A DNA stretch of 60,533 nucleotides, counting the filler, from Asterionella formosa (Eukaryota), in assembly GCA_002256025.1 (NCBI GenBank). It is 5 parts of 5 records of this genome, joined end to end, with 100 filler letters (N's around TTAATTAATTAA, not from the genome) between each part and the next. Parts side by side here need not be neighbours in the genome. Positions count along the whole stretch, not along the records: positions 48,526 to 60,533 come from NKIB01007968.1; 4 more parts are not named here. One strand, given 5' to 3'. The notes under the pieces are model-generated. The model did not search any database. It saw nothing but the letters and a program-made list of their open reading frames with translations, and was not told the DNA's origin. The position numbers and the translations under genes are program-made. Positions 49,828 through 60,533 of this stretch are shown piece after piece (the stretch's first letter is position 1; every line of letters begins with the position of its first letter).

Positions 49828-51234
49828 ATGCTGGTTCAAGTACTATTCTCGTTTTGTCGAAGTCAAACTGCTTCGGCGTCTGCGCCTGGACTGTTCGCTC
49901 GGTCATGCCGTGCGCTGCATACAACGACGGTGCGAGACTTACATTGCCAAGCAGCCCAACTGACAAACGCTAATAGCGAGAACCAGCAAGTACCGCTGAA
50001 GCGAGAGTACAACTCCCTCAATAATGAAACGCCCTACAATCTCTGCTTTCTCCGACACGGACAAAGCACATGGAACCGAGACAATCGATTCATTGGATGG
50101 ACAGATACGGTAAGCGTCTTGATGTTGAGAGAATTACGTGAAGGAGTGATTGTCATGCGAGTCACCTGCCTAGTTTTGCTTCTTGCATCCTCGTTGGAAC
50201 AAGTGATACCCTCACATCAACCCCACCCCTTTTGCTTTCAATTCAAGCCACTTACAGACGACGGGGTCTTGGAAGCCCGCGTAGCAGGTCAAATGCTTCA
50301 AAAATCGGGCATTCTCTTTGATGAAGTGCATACATCGTTGTTGCGTCGGAGCATCCGGACTGCTAATTTGGTTCTCATGGAAATGGGTCAAGAATACATT
50401 CCAGTGTACAAGAACTGGCGACTAAATGAACGAAGTTATGGAGATTTGGTGGGGAAAAACAAAAAACAGCTTGTGGAAATTCACGGGAAAGAGCAAGTGA
50501 AGCGGTGGAGGCGTAGTTATGATGAACCACCACCCGAAATGACGGATGATCACCAATATCATCCTGCAAGAGATCCAAGGTATCGACTGGTATGTAGTTA
50601 GTTGTGTTCTTGAATACATGACGTTTGTGTGAAAAAAGGTGGTAATTTTGTCAATGAATTGCATGTGTTTATGGGCACTACAATACTAACGTTCTTGTTT
50701 TCGTGACAGATGCTTGACCAAATTCCGAAGACCGAATCTTTGAAATGCACCGTCGAACGCTCACGTATTTATTGGAACGAAACGATTGCTCCAGCCCTTC
50801 GACACGGAAAAACTGTCCTGATAGTTGGTCATGAAAACAATTTAAGAAGTCTGTTAATGAAACTTGAGGGTATCGACAAGGAAGATATTATTAACCTCTC
50901 CCTTCCCAGAGCAGTCCCACTGGCCTATCGATTAGACAAGGACCTCAAACCCATTCCACGGAAAGACGGGACCAAGGACGAAGCCACAGGATTCTTAAAT
51001 GGAACATGGTTGGGTGGAGACCAAGCGGTTAGAGAAATTTTGGATCGCGACCACAAGCAAGTATATGATACCAGCATTCGAAAGAATTTAGAAACGGACG
51101 ATCCATCGAGAGACAATTGGAAAATGTGGTTGGAAGCAGCCGTTGGGAAGCCATCGCCTGAACAGGGAGCGCAGAGCAACCCCGGGCACTGCCGGGCGGA
51201 ACATGAATGGGAAAAGGAAAAGGTGGCGAGTTAG
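49828..51234 (+). CDS. gpmA: 2,3-bisphosphoglycerate-dependent phosphoglycerate mutase; exons 49828-50109, 50248-50589, 50710-51234
   Basis: LRHGQSTWN.DNRFIGWTD-PLT, WRLNERSYG.L.G.NK, WRRSYD.PP, ESL, VGHENNLR. Both introns are phase-0 GT-AG. Confidence 0.95.
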
Positions 51235-54200
51235 GAAAATTGGAAGAAGGGCGAGCCAAGCAATTGATTGTATCTTTAGTATAATGTGATGGGCATATTT
51301 TAATATCACCGTACTATTGTCGTGGTACAGTCGCTTACCTGGTGCTGCGATAAGCTCCCTGTTGTTCATACTGACAGGAGTAAGACTAGCAGTAGCTTTT
51401 CATCAACACTAGATAAGTGGTATAACTGGTCACAGGGATGAGGATATACAATACCGGAAAGTGGTGGAGTCTATTTATCTCTGCACTGCAGAATCATTTT
51501 CCAAAAATATATGTATACTTACTCAAAATCTAGTTGAAAAAGTTAGTTTTATTATTTAGTGACATATGTGAGAAAGATAGAAATGACATCAAAGAATGTT
51601 GAGAAAATAGCTGACACCTTAACTAACACAATAACAATAATCGCAATTCCGTTCGACATCAAGAACAGGAAAAAGAACCCAACGAACACTCCTGCAAGAC
51701 ATACATGCTCCAAAGCGGGCTTCGCAATGCTCCATGGCAAACTGACAATCAGAACCTCTGTCAAAACAAACCAATCTTTCGAAACCAATGAAGAAGCACT
51801 ATTCACCAAATATCTATGAATCGCTTCAATGATTCTTGGCAATTGATTCCACCAATAGGTTATTTCCAATGGATTCCAACACTTATGACATAGATGTACA
51901 TCATGCTGTAGCTACCATCAAGTCAGAACTTTTGACCCAACAACATGACTCAGATACCATTGCCCAGAATGGCTATCCGAGTTGAGGCATTGAAGCTAAG
52001 AACATGGGTTACCAAATCTGACAACAACAACAACCTAAATATTTCCATAAGTTGGAATAAACTAGTATGCAATTCATGCATGGTGGGTAATTAGTGCCAG
52101 CCAGGACACTGCTCACCAACCCTACAACATAGATAACAACTTGCTGCTTCTCATTGTCACTATGATTAGGATATCAAAACAAATTGCAAATGGATCAGCA
52201 TCTCATTTCAGTAGGACCTATGGAAAGGAGCAAACAGGCAAGCAAATGAAAAATCGAAGTAGACAGCCACCATAAGAGTACAAATGAGCAAACAGTGATA
52301 TGAGGGGAAGCAGAACAAGCTTAATGAGTGATTGGGGAACAACTCCTTTTGAATTTGAGTGATGGTGAGGACAGTATGTTTGTCTGCAATCACTGTGAGA
52401 AGTGTGGGAAGCAAGGGGAAGGCTCATTCAACGCAAGGCATTGTCTTGCTATCATGCTGCAGGAATCAAAGAACAAGCAAAGGTGGTAGCAAAGTGTAAG
52501 GATGGTGAAAAGGCGGATAGCAGGTTGAAAGATAGAAATGATTTCTAATTAAAGTAAATTTACAGCATTTATGATACTTTCTATTTGCAGATGGTATGAA
52601 TTTCAAGTGTAAAGACCAAAACATGATGTGCCTGCCCTGGCATCTGAATCCTATCTGCACACAACAAGTTCTCCATGTGTATAAAAGCTTGGTTTACATA
52701 AGTAAATTTGATTGCGCACTGCTATAGTAGGGGGTCAATGAATCATCATTTCTGTCTTGACCATGGTGAACTGAATAGACTCAATATCTCCACGAAAATT
52801 GACAATGAATAATTCCTATTGTGTATGTATGTTTAGCCTAATATAATCATTTCTTCCCAGAAAGAATGATCTGTAATTCATACTTTTGATTCCTATATCC
52901 TACACATATATGATCAAAGCATTGTTTTGGCACTTTTTTGTTCTCCCCGTGCCCGGAACCACACCCAGGCTTAGAGAGAGGTCCCGTGAGTAATCATGAT
53001 AGTGAATACTCGGATGGGAGTGGGGTAGGGAACAGAAATCCAGTGCATGCCACCCCTAGCATCAAGAAACCTGTTTTACCATTTGATAAAACAGCGTCAA
53101 TTATATTTAAGAAAAAAATTATCTAATTATTATATGATTTGTACCATATGAGATCTGTTTAATGACTCTGGCTAATTGAGGGGCTTATCAGTAATCAAAT
53201 CATTGACTTGTACTGAAGCAAGTGATACCCAAACTATTACAAATATTTCTCCAAAATCTATTACATCCATTCAACATCTTCATCATCGTGCATGACCACA
53301 TCATGGTTACCGTAATGTCATAAATTATCGTATTCAGCAGGCACAATATCTTGTGGAACATTGTTGATCTCCATATTTTTGCAATTGCTCTTCTGAGATT
53401 TTACAAACACTCTCGCCGCCCCCCGCCCCCCCCTCAAAGTCCACCCATTTTGGCCTGCAGTGATGACAGCTCCTGGCCCCCCTAAATTTTTTTCGTCTAT
53501 CGAAAAACTTCCACCCATGCGTTGATGTAGGCGGTTACTTTGTAACAGATCCATCAGATGCCAAAACTACTATTCCATTGAGAAAGTTCTGTTTGAAAGC
53601 GGTGAGATTGGACGGAAGCGATAAAATTGGACGGAAATGTGATGTCACCCATTGATTTTTGTAGAAATGATTTCTTTGCTACAAGTCTATTAACTTCCTG
53701 AAGGTACTGTGAAAAGTCTGAATTCCCTCTGATATCCTGGTGGCGATGATGTGTGTTAGCCGGCGGTTATCCTGTTATCTCATAAAAAGTAGCTATTGTT
53801 TTATGAATTGACACAGGAATTAACCCAACTGCATCTAGTTTACAGCACTTTTTCGAATTTAAGTCTAAAGTGACGTATTCATGCTACTTTTTTAAAAACT
53901 TATGGTACTTTTCTAAAATATTATGTTACTTTTTCCGTAATTTATTCTGGTTAAACAAAAATATATTTCACTTATCGAATAATTATGTGTGTTTGTGACA
54001 ATATATGTTGTCCAACTAGCCATCGTGACAGTATAAAAGCGAAATTATGTTGCTTTCATCATATAATGATAAAAGAGCCGCCAATTCCAATTCAGTTATT
54101 TTTTCCGCTCCGACATATTTTTTTGATCTGAACTGGCAAAGAATAACACATGCAAGAGGAAGATTCACACAGTAGAATTCAGCACAAGTAGTAGTAGTAG

Positions 54201-54307
54201 TAGTTGCTGTTGCAGACAAATTGTTTAGTCATTGTTGATTGTAGAGTTTCCAGCAGCCTGCCAGATTAGAAATAAAGCACCATCGGTCCTCGTTGAGCAT
54301 CGTTGAG

Positions 54308-54843
54308 CCTTGCATGTCGCCATAGTGAGTCGAAATTGAGATGTGCCTCAATGGCCTTCTCCATTCGATGCAACAACAAATAGTCTACATCGATAACTCT
54401 GGCAAGTGCAATATAGAAAAAGAAGCAAACGAGGATGAGTAGCTGTCAAAGATTGAATTCGTAAAATTGTTTAGGAACAGCTGTTGCATATTTTAACATT
54501 CAATGCATGTCCCTGTGATGAGTCGAAATTGAGATGTTCCGCAATTGCCTTATCCTAATTGGAGCAGCTAGCAATATTCTGAAGCGATAACTCCAGCAAG
54601 TACAATATAGAAAAAAAGCAAACGATGAGCAGCTGTCATCGATTGAATTCGTAAAATCGTTTTGAAACAGCTGTTGCATATTTTAACCTTGCATGTCGTC
54701 GTAGTGAGTCAAAATTGAGATGTTCCGCGATGGCCTTCTCCGTTTCAACGCAGCTACAAATAGTCTGCATCGATAACTCTATCTAGTATAATATAGAGAA
54801 AGAAGCAAAGGATGAGCAGCTGTCAACAATTCAAATCGTAAAT
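54308..54843. repeat. Tandem repeat of about 190 bp, nearly three diverged units
   Basis: TGCATGTC..TGAGTC.AAATTGAGATGT..CGATAACTC..AATATAGA..AGCTGTCA..TCGTAAAAT recurs at about 54310, 54504 and 54690. Confidence 0.9.
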
Positions 54844-54859
54844 CAGTAATAATTTTGGT

Positions 54860-56575
54860 TCCTAGTTTACATTTTTCCTTGGTCCAGATAAATGCAAAGA
54901 ATCAGGTTTCAGTCCATGTTTCATGACTGCCGAAAAAACTTTATCATTGTCCGTTAAGTTTTGAAGGATTTCCCACACAGTTAAGTCATACTCTTGAGAA
55001 TCCTAAATGTTCTTGTAGTGAATGATGGTGTCTGGTGGACGTAAATTACGGATGCTGAAAGTCATTGTATTCTTTTCCAAGTGTTGCTGTTTGCATATGA
55101 AAGTGTTGGTTGTGGCAATGGTACTTTTGATTACCAGCATGGGAACGAATTTCATTTGCGGGCATGTATAATCTCGGTTAGCTGAATCTTTTCCATATAT
55201 AACCTGTAGAGCTTTGCAAATGCCATCATAATCCTCCTTTTGGAATCTAATCAAATTGACTGAAACTGATTCTTGCTCAGTTGCTCCATGAATCTTTGAC
55301 CAGCTTACTTTTCATTTAATGATCCTGCCATGGATGTGTCCTTTTTGCTTATTCGAAATGTGATTTGCGAGTAGTTTGCAATACTCATGGGCCAATGAGC
55401 CATACAATGCTCCTGCGATGACAGTTTGGTTTAGGCCGAAAAACGATTCAGTTAATGTTAGGGAGGGATATTTTGCAAGTAATTTCTTCACTGTCAAGGA
55501 TTGCAAAATTTCGTTCATGCTTTTATGCTGTATTTTCAGTATTCCAAAAAAGTTCGATACATTCATGCTTCCCTTGTGTACATATTTCCGAATTTCCCAA
55601 GTGTCGATTGCTTGAGGTAATGTGCCATTAAATCGTGAAATAATTGGCATGTCCTCAGCCTGTTCTTGTGGTAGTCTCTTCATTTTTGGGGTTGACTTCA
55701 GGAGTGCCTTTAGTGTAGCCCGTACTATGGTCATGATTGTCTCATCGGTGAAGTGATGGTCTTGAGTGATCCGAAAATCTAGATAGTAAGTCAAGTATTC
55801 CTTCTATCTGGGTTTACATTTATCTTCTGATGCTGTATCGGTCGTGTCCATGAAATTTATCTGATTTCTTTGTTCTTGTTGTCCGTTTGTCTGATTTGTC
55901 TTCGCTGTAGATGGTATGTCTGGGTCTGTGCCTACCATGGCCTTGTTGATTCCAAGCAATTGTTATTTTGCAGTTGAAGCGGCTTTGCCGAGGGGGTTTA
56001 GGATTGTCGGAAAGCACAGCTGTTGTTGTTCCTTATTTGTATTTCTAGCCGCCTTATGTGCACCATTTGCAAGGGGTGTGTCAAGTGATGTATGATGGAG
56101 CGTAGGTAAGGGAATGCGGACTCTAGTGACCACACTTGTCTGTGGAGGTGTGCTGGGCGCGGAGCTATCCATATGCGACAATGATCCAAATGAATTTGTA
56201 GGAGAGTGTGGGTGCTTCATAGTGACTTTTTCCCAATTGCTGCTGTCGGCAATGCCGAAGGTGAGCCTTTGCTCTTTTTCTTGGCTGATTTCGAAGGGAC
56301 CCATTTCCACTGTGCCGAACCCTTTGCTTGTGGAGTGGGATCATCAAGAGAAATGTTTAAGAATAGTGCTTCATTGTCTGGTAAGAATGGGATGCTGTCA
56401 TTCGCTTTGCTATCATTTGGGTCTTCCCAGGGAGAGTGGTTGTTCTGCATGTTCATGACATTGTTTTGATGCATATTTGGGATTGATGAGATTGCTCTGG
56501 TGGTGTTGTCGTTGCCAATAGTGGGGAAGGTGAATGCGTTGATGGTAGCATGGGACGGAGGAGAGCCCACCATGA
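54860..56575 (-). pseudogene. Frameshifted long ORF, possibly ORF1 of a diatom non-LTR (Ambal-like) retrotransposon
   Basis: Collinear intronless fragments 56217-56573, 55963-56310, 55312-55794 and 55003-55254. Family assignment is from recollected resemblance only; no RT visible. Confidence 0.35.
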
Positions 56576-57064
56576 TGAAGAGGTGGATCCACTCATGAAG
56601 GGATACGTAGAAACCCTGTAGGTGGCTGGTACTGAATATATTAAAAATTTACTCAAGGCAAGTTTTCCAAACTTAGCAAAAATCTATTCACGAGTCATAA
56701 CATACACACACTACCATTATTCTTTTCCTGTTTCCCAATGCTAGCAAGCAACTTTTATCGAAACTTGCACAAAGATTGCAAATATAGCTGTTGCTCCTCC
56801 AACACCTCTGCAACCACAAGTCCAAATCAATACAGAAACCAGCACTGCCTCTAAATGCCTTCAGGCATTGGTTTCTGCTCCTCCAGGCCCAATCTGAATA
56901 TTTCTGAAATTTTCGTCATTACAACGACAAAAAAGTGTGAGTTGACAATTGTTAATGAAAAATGCATTGACAAATTTTCACACAATATTTCCGCTGACCC
57001 ATTTTCTTTTTCACTTTTTATTCTACTCCCTGCTTGTCATTTTCACGTCTTTCCTTTCGATTTC

Positions 57065-57386
57065 CATTTCATACTTTGGTTGGTTAACAACATCGTGTAA
57101 AAATTTCGATGCTTGTTACAATCATTCTTGTTTGACTATTTTTTATGCATACCGGTAACGGTATATTCGGTCGTCCATGCATTTCTGTTGTGTCCAAACT
57201 TTTTCCCATTAAAATTCTACTCCTGACGTTGCTGGATGGTCCCTGCTGCTCAAACCTAAATTGACTGCCGAAAAATCCACTCTGCCCCATATTGTCCCTA
57301 GATTAAACAATTACTTAAAGGATACCAAAACTTACTTAGACACCCACAGTTCTCATCGAAAAGCAAGATGATAGCTAGGGTGGGGT
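57065..57386 (+). mobile_element. Probable distal (right) end of the Crypton-like family
   Basis: CATTTCATACTTTGGTTG, TGTTACAATCATTCT and CCGAAAAAT.C..T.TGCCC align to the reverse complement of 1-175. Confidence 0.65.
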
Positions 57387-60300
57387 TGCTGAAGGCAATA
57401 CACGCCCGAGGTGGTCTCTTGCCTGCCCGGCGCTGCGAGAAGGTCACCCTACGAGTGCCATCCCAGTCGAGCACACATGTATACGAGAAGGCAAGTAGCC
57501 GCTGAGAAGGGTGTTGTTGAGGCAATTCCCGCTCTAGCTATCGTCGCGTCATTCGCTTACCTACTGCCCACAAATTTAGCATAAATGTCAATTTTAGCCT
57601 ATTATTGGCCATCATATAAAAGAAATTTTGTATATTTCCTATCTTCACCTCGAAAATTGCCAAAGGTCCGATATTGCCCATCATTAAAATATATTTTGTA
57701 TATTTCATATGTTAGCATTTTGGCAAGACAACAGACGTCAATTGCCCCTCGGTTTTCCAGCCCTGGGATTGCTGAAATCGGCAAGGGGTCTATTAAGGAA
57801 ACCATTTCATATACTATACAGATTTGACTATAATATATCAAGTATTGACCAATCTGTTGTAAAATACATCGATTTTGTTTGTTCCCGGATGATTGCTCAT
57901 CGATAATATCGTTGATTGGACTGTTGGGGAACAAGATTCATGAGTTGCGCCGGTAAGAAGTCCATTTTGCGCCATCGTTGTCACATTTTTGGTGCTATTT
58001 TCAGATGTTATATTCAGTTATTCTTCAAAAATTTATTTTTTAGTATGTTTTCTACGTGAAGATCAGATGTGATGTCTCGGAAGCAAGTTTGAGAGTGCTT
58101 TTGATGATGCTCTAAAATATATAGTTGCTCTGTTTTAATTCAATCTTATTACAATTCTAACATACTGATTATTCTACAATGACAACGGGAACTAGAAGCC
58201 GTCGTTTCTCTCAAAGAGCAGTGACAAATACTGCTAAGCGCAAAGTGCAAGATGATAACCGGCGTGCTGCATTGGCAATGTGTGCACTAGAAAGGAAAAA
58301 GAAGCTTGGGTATGTTGTTGATTGGTGTGTGCTTCCGCCCATGCTGGCTGACCGAATTGTCGATTTCATCCTAACATACTATTCAATTCATTACATTCTT
58401 CAGCTTATTGGAACGGAATGAGGTTGTTGCAAATGCTGCAAGTATTCCCGAAGCAGCCATTGATTGGAATGAAGAAATAGAAAGGTGCATTTGTTGTTGA
58501 TTGTTGCATAATTGTGCTTCCATTTTGATTCATCTATCATTGATGATGCGATCACTCACAGTCGCATTGTTTCCTTTCCGGTCATTGTCAGCTTTAAAGA
58601 AGCTTCTAAAAGCAATGTTTCTACAGTTGTGAACTCATCCAATGTTGTAGAAACACCCAATTCTGACATTGATAGACCCAGCTCTGTTGATTGTCATGAT
58701 TCTGAGGATGATTGCAACAGTACTACTAGCACATCTGATTCCGATTCAAGGTACTTGTTACCTGCTTCCATCATTGCTCCTCATGCTCATCGTGCTGATT
58801 CCCGGATTCCAATGTCTCACTCAACTGCTGAAGACTATGCCAATGCAATTCGATCCAGCAATAATGTTTTCGGATCAACAAAACAAACAAATTCTATTAG
58901 AAACCTGTCGCATAACACAATCAAATACACCAAGTCACTTACCATCATTGAATCAAGGTTTTTTGAATCCCTTGTCGAGAATGAAACCTTGAGCTCGCTT
59001 GCTTCTTTCGACAATGATCCTGACAATGGCAACCAACCAATCCGTCGATTCTATCTAATCTGTCGTGAGCTAAGACGCAACGCCACCAAAGACATCATCA
59101 ACACTGGTGTACTTTGGTTTGCAACCAAATTCTGCAAGAAAAAATCGCCCCTCATTCTCGAAAGTGCTTCTGACGAAGCCATTGCAACGGCAATGTACCA
59201 ACCGAACACCGCTCAAACCAAGCTGAAAGACCTCTTCCGATGCTTCTCCCACCAACAAGGCATACCATATTCCCTGTCGAAAGATTTCAATGGTGAGGGT
59301 GAGATTCAAGCATTCTTTAAAAAAATATGGCAATTGCTGCCAAGCACCGGCCATTGGAATATGGCCACAAGCCCATGGCGTCACAGTTTGGTCAAGACGA
59401 GGACAGGAAGCTACGAACACTCCAAATGCAGCCTTACCTTAATTATGATGATTGCCTCAAGTCCATGGTATGGAAAATGGGCAAAGCGTTTGGTGTCAGA
59501 GGGTCGATAGAAATGTGCGACTTGACATTCAATAAGGTGACAGTTGGTTTGATGGACGGATTACGAACTGTCGTGCTACATCCAAGTGAAGTCGAAAAAA
59601 ATAATGCCCTGACGTTGCAAAATACTGAGCGGAAGTACCAAGGTCTACAGGAACGAACTATGATCGAGGATACAGGCAACCCGACATGCATAGTGAAACT
59701 AATACATCACTACCGGGATAACCTCTGTTCGCCCGAGATGGTAACTAGCAACCAACCGTTTTTTCGGCGATGCGCTCCTGAGAAGGAACTCAAGGTATGT
59801 AAACTATGTGTGTAATCCCTTGGACACACCGGTGAATTCATTATACCTGGTGCCAAATTTGTACTGGTGATTTGTTGTGCATACTATGGACTAACTTATG
59901 TGCATCTTTTTCTACATGGCTCCTCGTATATCCATCACTAAGAACCGACGCAAGCTAGGGCTAACATACGAGGCAGGACACAAGAAGGGAGACTGTTTTG
60001 GTAAAGGCTATGCTACAAGACTATGTGTCGACCTAGCAACAGCTGCGGGCATGGATAATGCTGCTCGTTGCACTGCCCATGGGAGGAGGAAGAGTATGAT
60101 CTCTTCCCTTGTCAACTCTAGTGTTTCCTTACCTACAAAAATAATTCTCGACAAATCCAGGCATGGATCAGCTGAAATCAATGCCAGATACCAGCTGCCA
60201 TCAAAGGAAATGCAGCATCAAGCAAGGCTAGCAGTTTTTGAAAAATTTGAAGACAATGAGGACCAGCATAAAACTCCCGAGAAATATTCTTCCGACCTTG

Positions 60301-60533
60301 CAGTTGTTCCTCCTGATGTCAAGAAATCGGCTGAAATTTCCATTCCCATTGACGATCCTATTGTTGATTGTAAAGTTGTTTTGTTGCCCTCCTCTACCAA
60401 CCCAACTCCTCATGCTCATCCTCCAGGAGCTCCCATCCACTACTACTCCCACCATCTGCTTCAAACTCCTCAACACATATACAGTTCTGGTCCGCCGCCT
60501 CCTGCACAACATGCAATCTACCATCCCGGCCCC
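57387..60533 (+). mobile_element. Crypton-like tyrosine-recombinase DNA transposon (coding copy, right part beyond the contig)
   Basis: Family terminus at 57387 followed by a spliced recombinase gene; no RT, long TIR or TSD seen. Confidence 0.82.
58179..60533 (+). CDS. Tyrosine recombinase (DUF3504/Crypton-like); exons 58179-58309, 58404-58484, 58592-59794, 59943 to window end; one frameshift near 59330
   Basis: Three phase-consistent GT-AG introns. Catalytic set R (FGVRGSIE, 59498), probable K (EKNN), HxxR (TAHGRRK, 60078-89), H (SRHGS, 60162) and Y (NARYQ, 60189). Also YQPNT and CIVKLIHHY...PFFRR. Confidence 0.85.

Noticed and set aside
51500..53700. Short ORFs and a C-rich tract
   Set aside because: CpG-poor decayed sequence with no recognisable domain or definable ends.
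1500..57830. 1500-1910 and 57387-57830 as inverted ends of one giant element
   Set aside because: They lie on different artificially joined contigs, and a third copy exists at 46266.

Overview
Eukaryotic, repeat-rich DNA, most consistent with a diatom (inferred from diatom-type Copia elements, a stramenopile-type CryptonS relic, an SLT-type sulfate transporter, a probably mitochondrial PGAM and short GT-AG introns). The window is not one locus. It is five contigs of 12055, 12040, 12022, 12008 and 12008 bp joined by 100-bp N linkers containing TTAATTAATTAA, so adjacency across gaps means nothing. Host genes: an SLC13/TrkA-C sulfate transporter with an ACT-like insert, Tex/SRBD1, two paralogues of an unknown membrane-anchored protein, two Pro/Thr-repeat proteins, an aldehyde dehydrogenase fragment and a spliced phosphoglycerate mutase. 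Mobile DNA: two decayed Copia elements, a TA-flanked MITE, a tRNA-Ala-derived SINE with an 18-bp TSD and a decayed CryptonS. The most notable item is an intron-containing tyrosine-recombinase transposon (Crypton-like, DUF3504-type motifs) at 57387-60533. It has non-autonomous relatives on two other contigs and a head-to-tail end junction with att-like dyad symmetry. All family assignments come from motif recognition by eye; no database searches were run.
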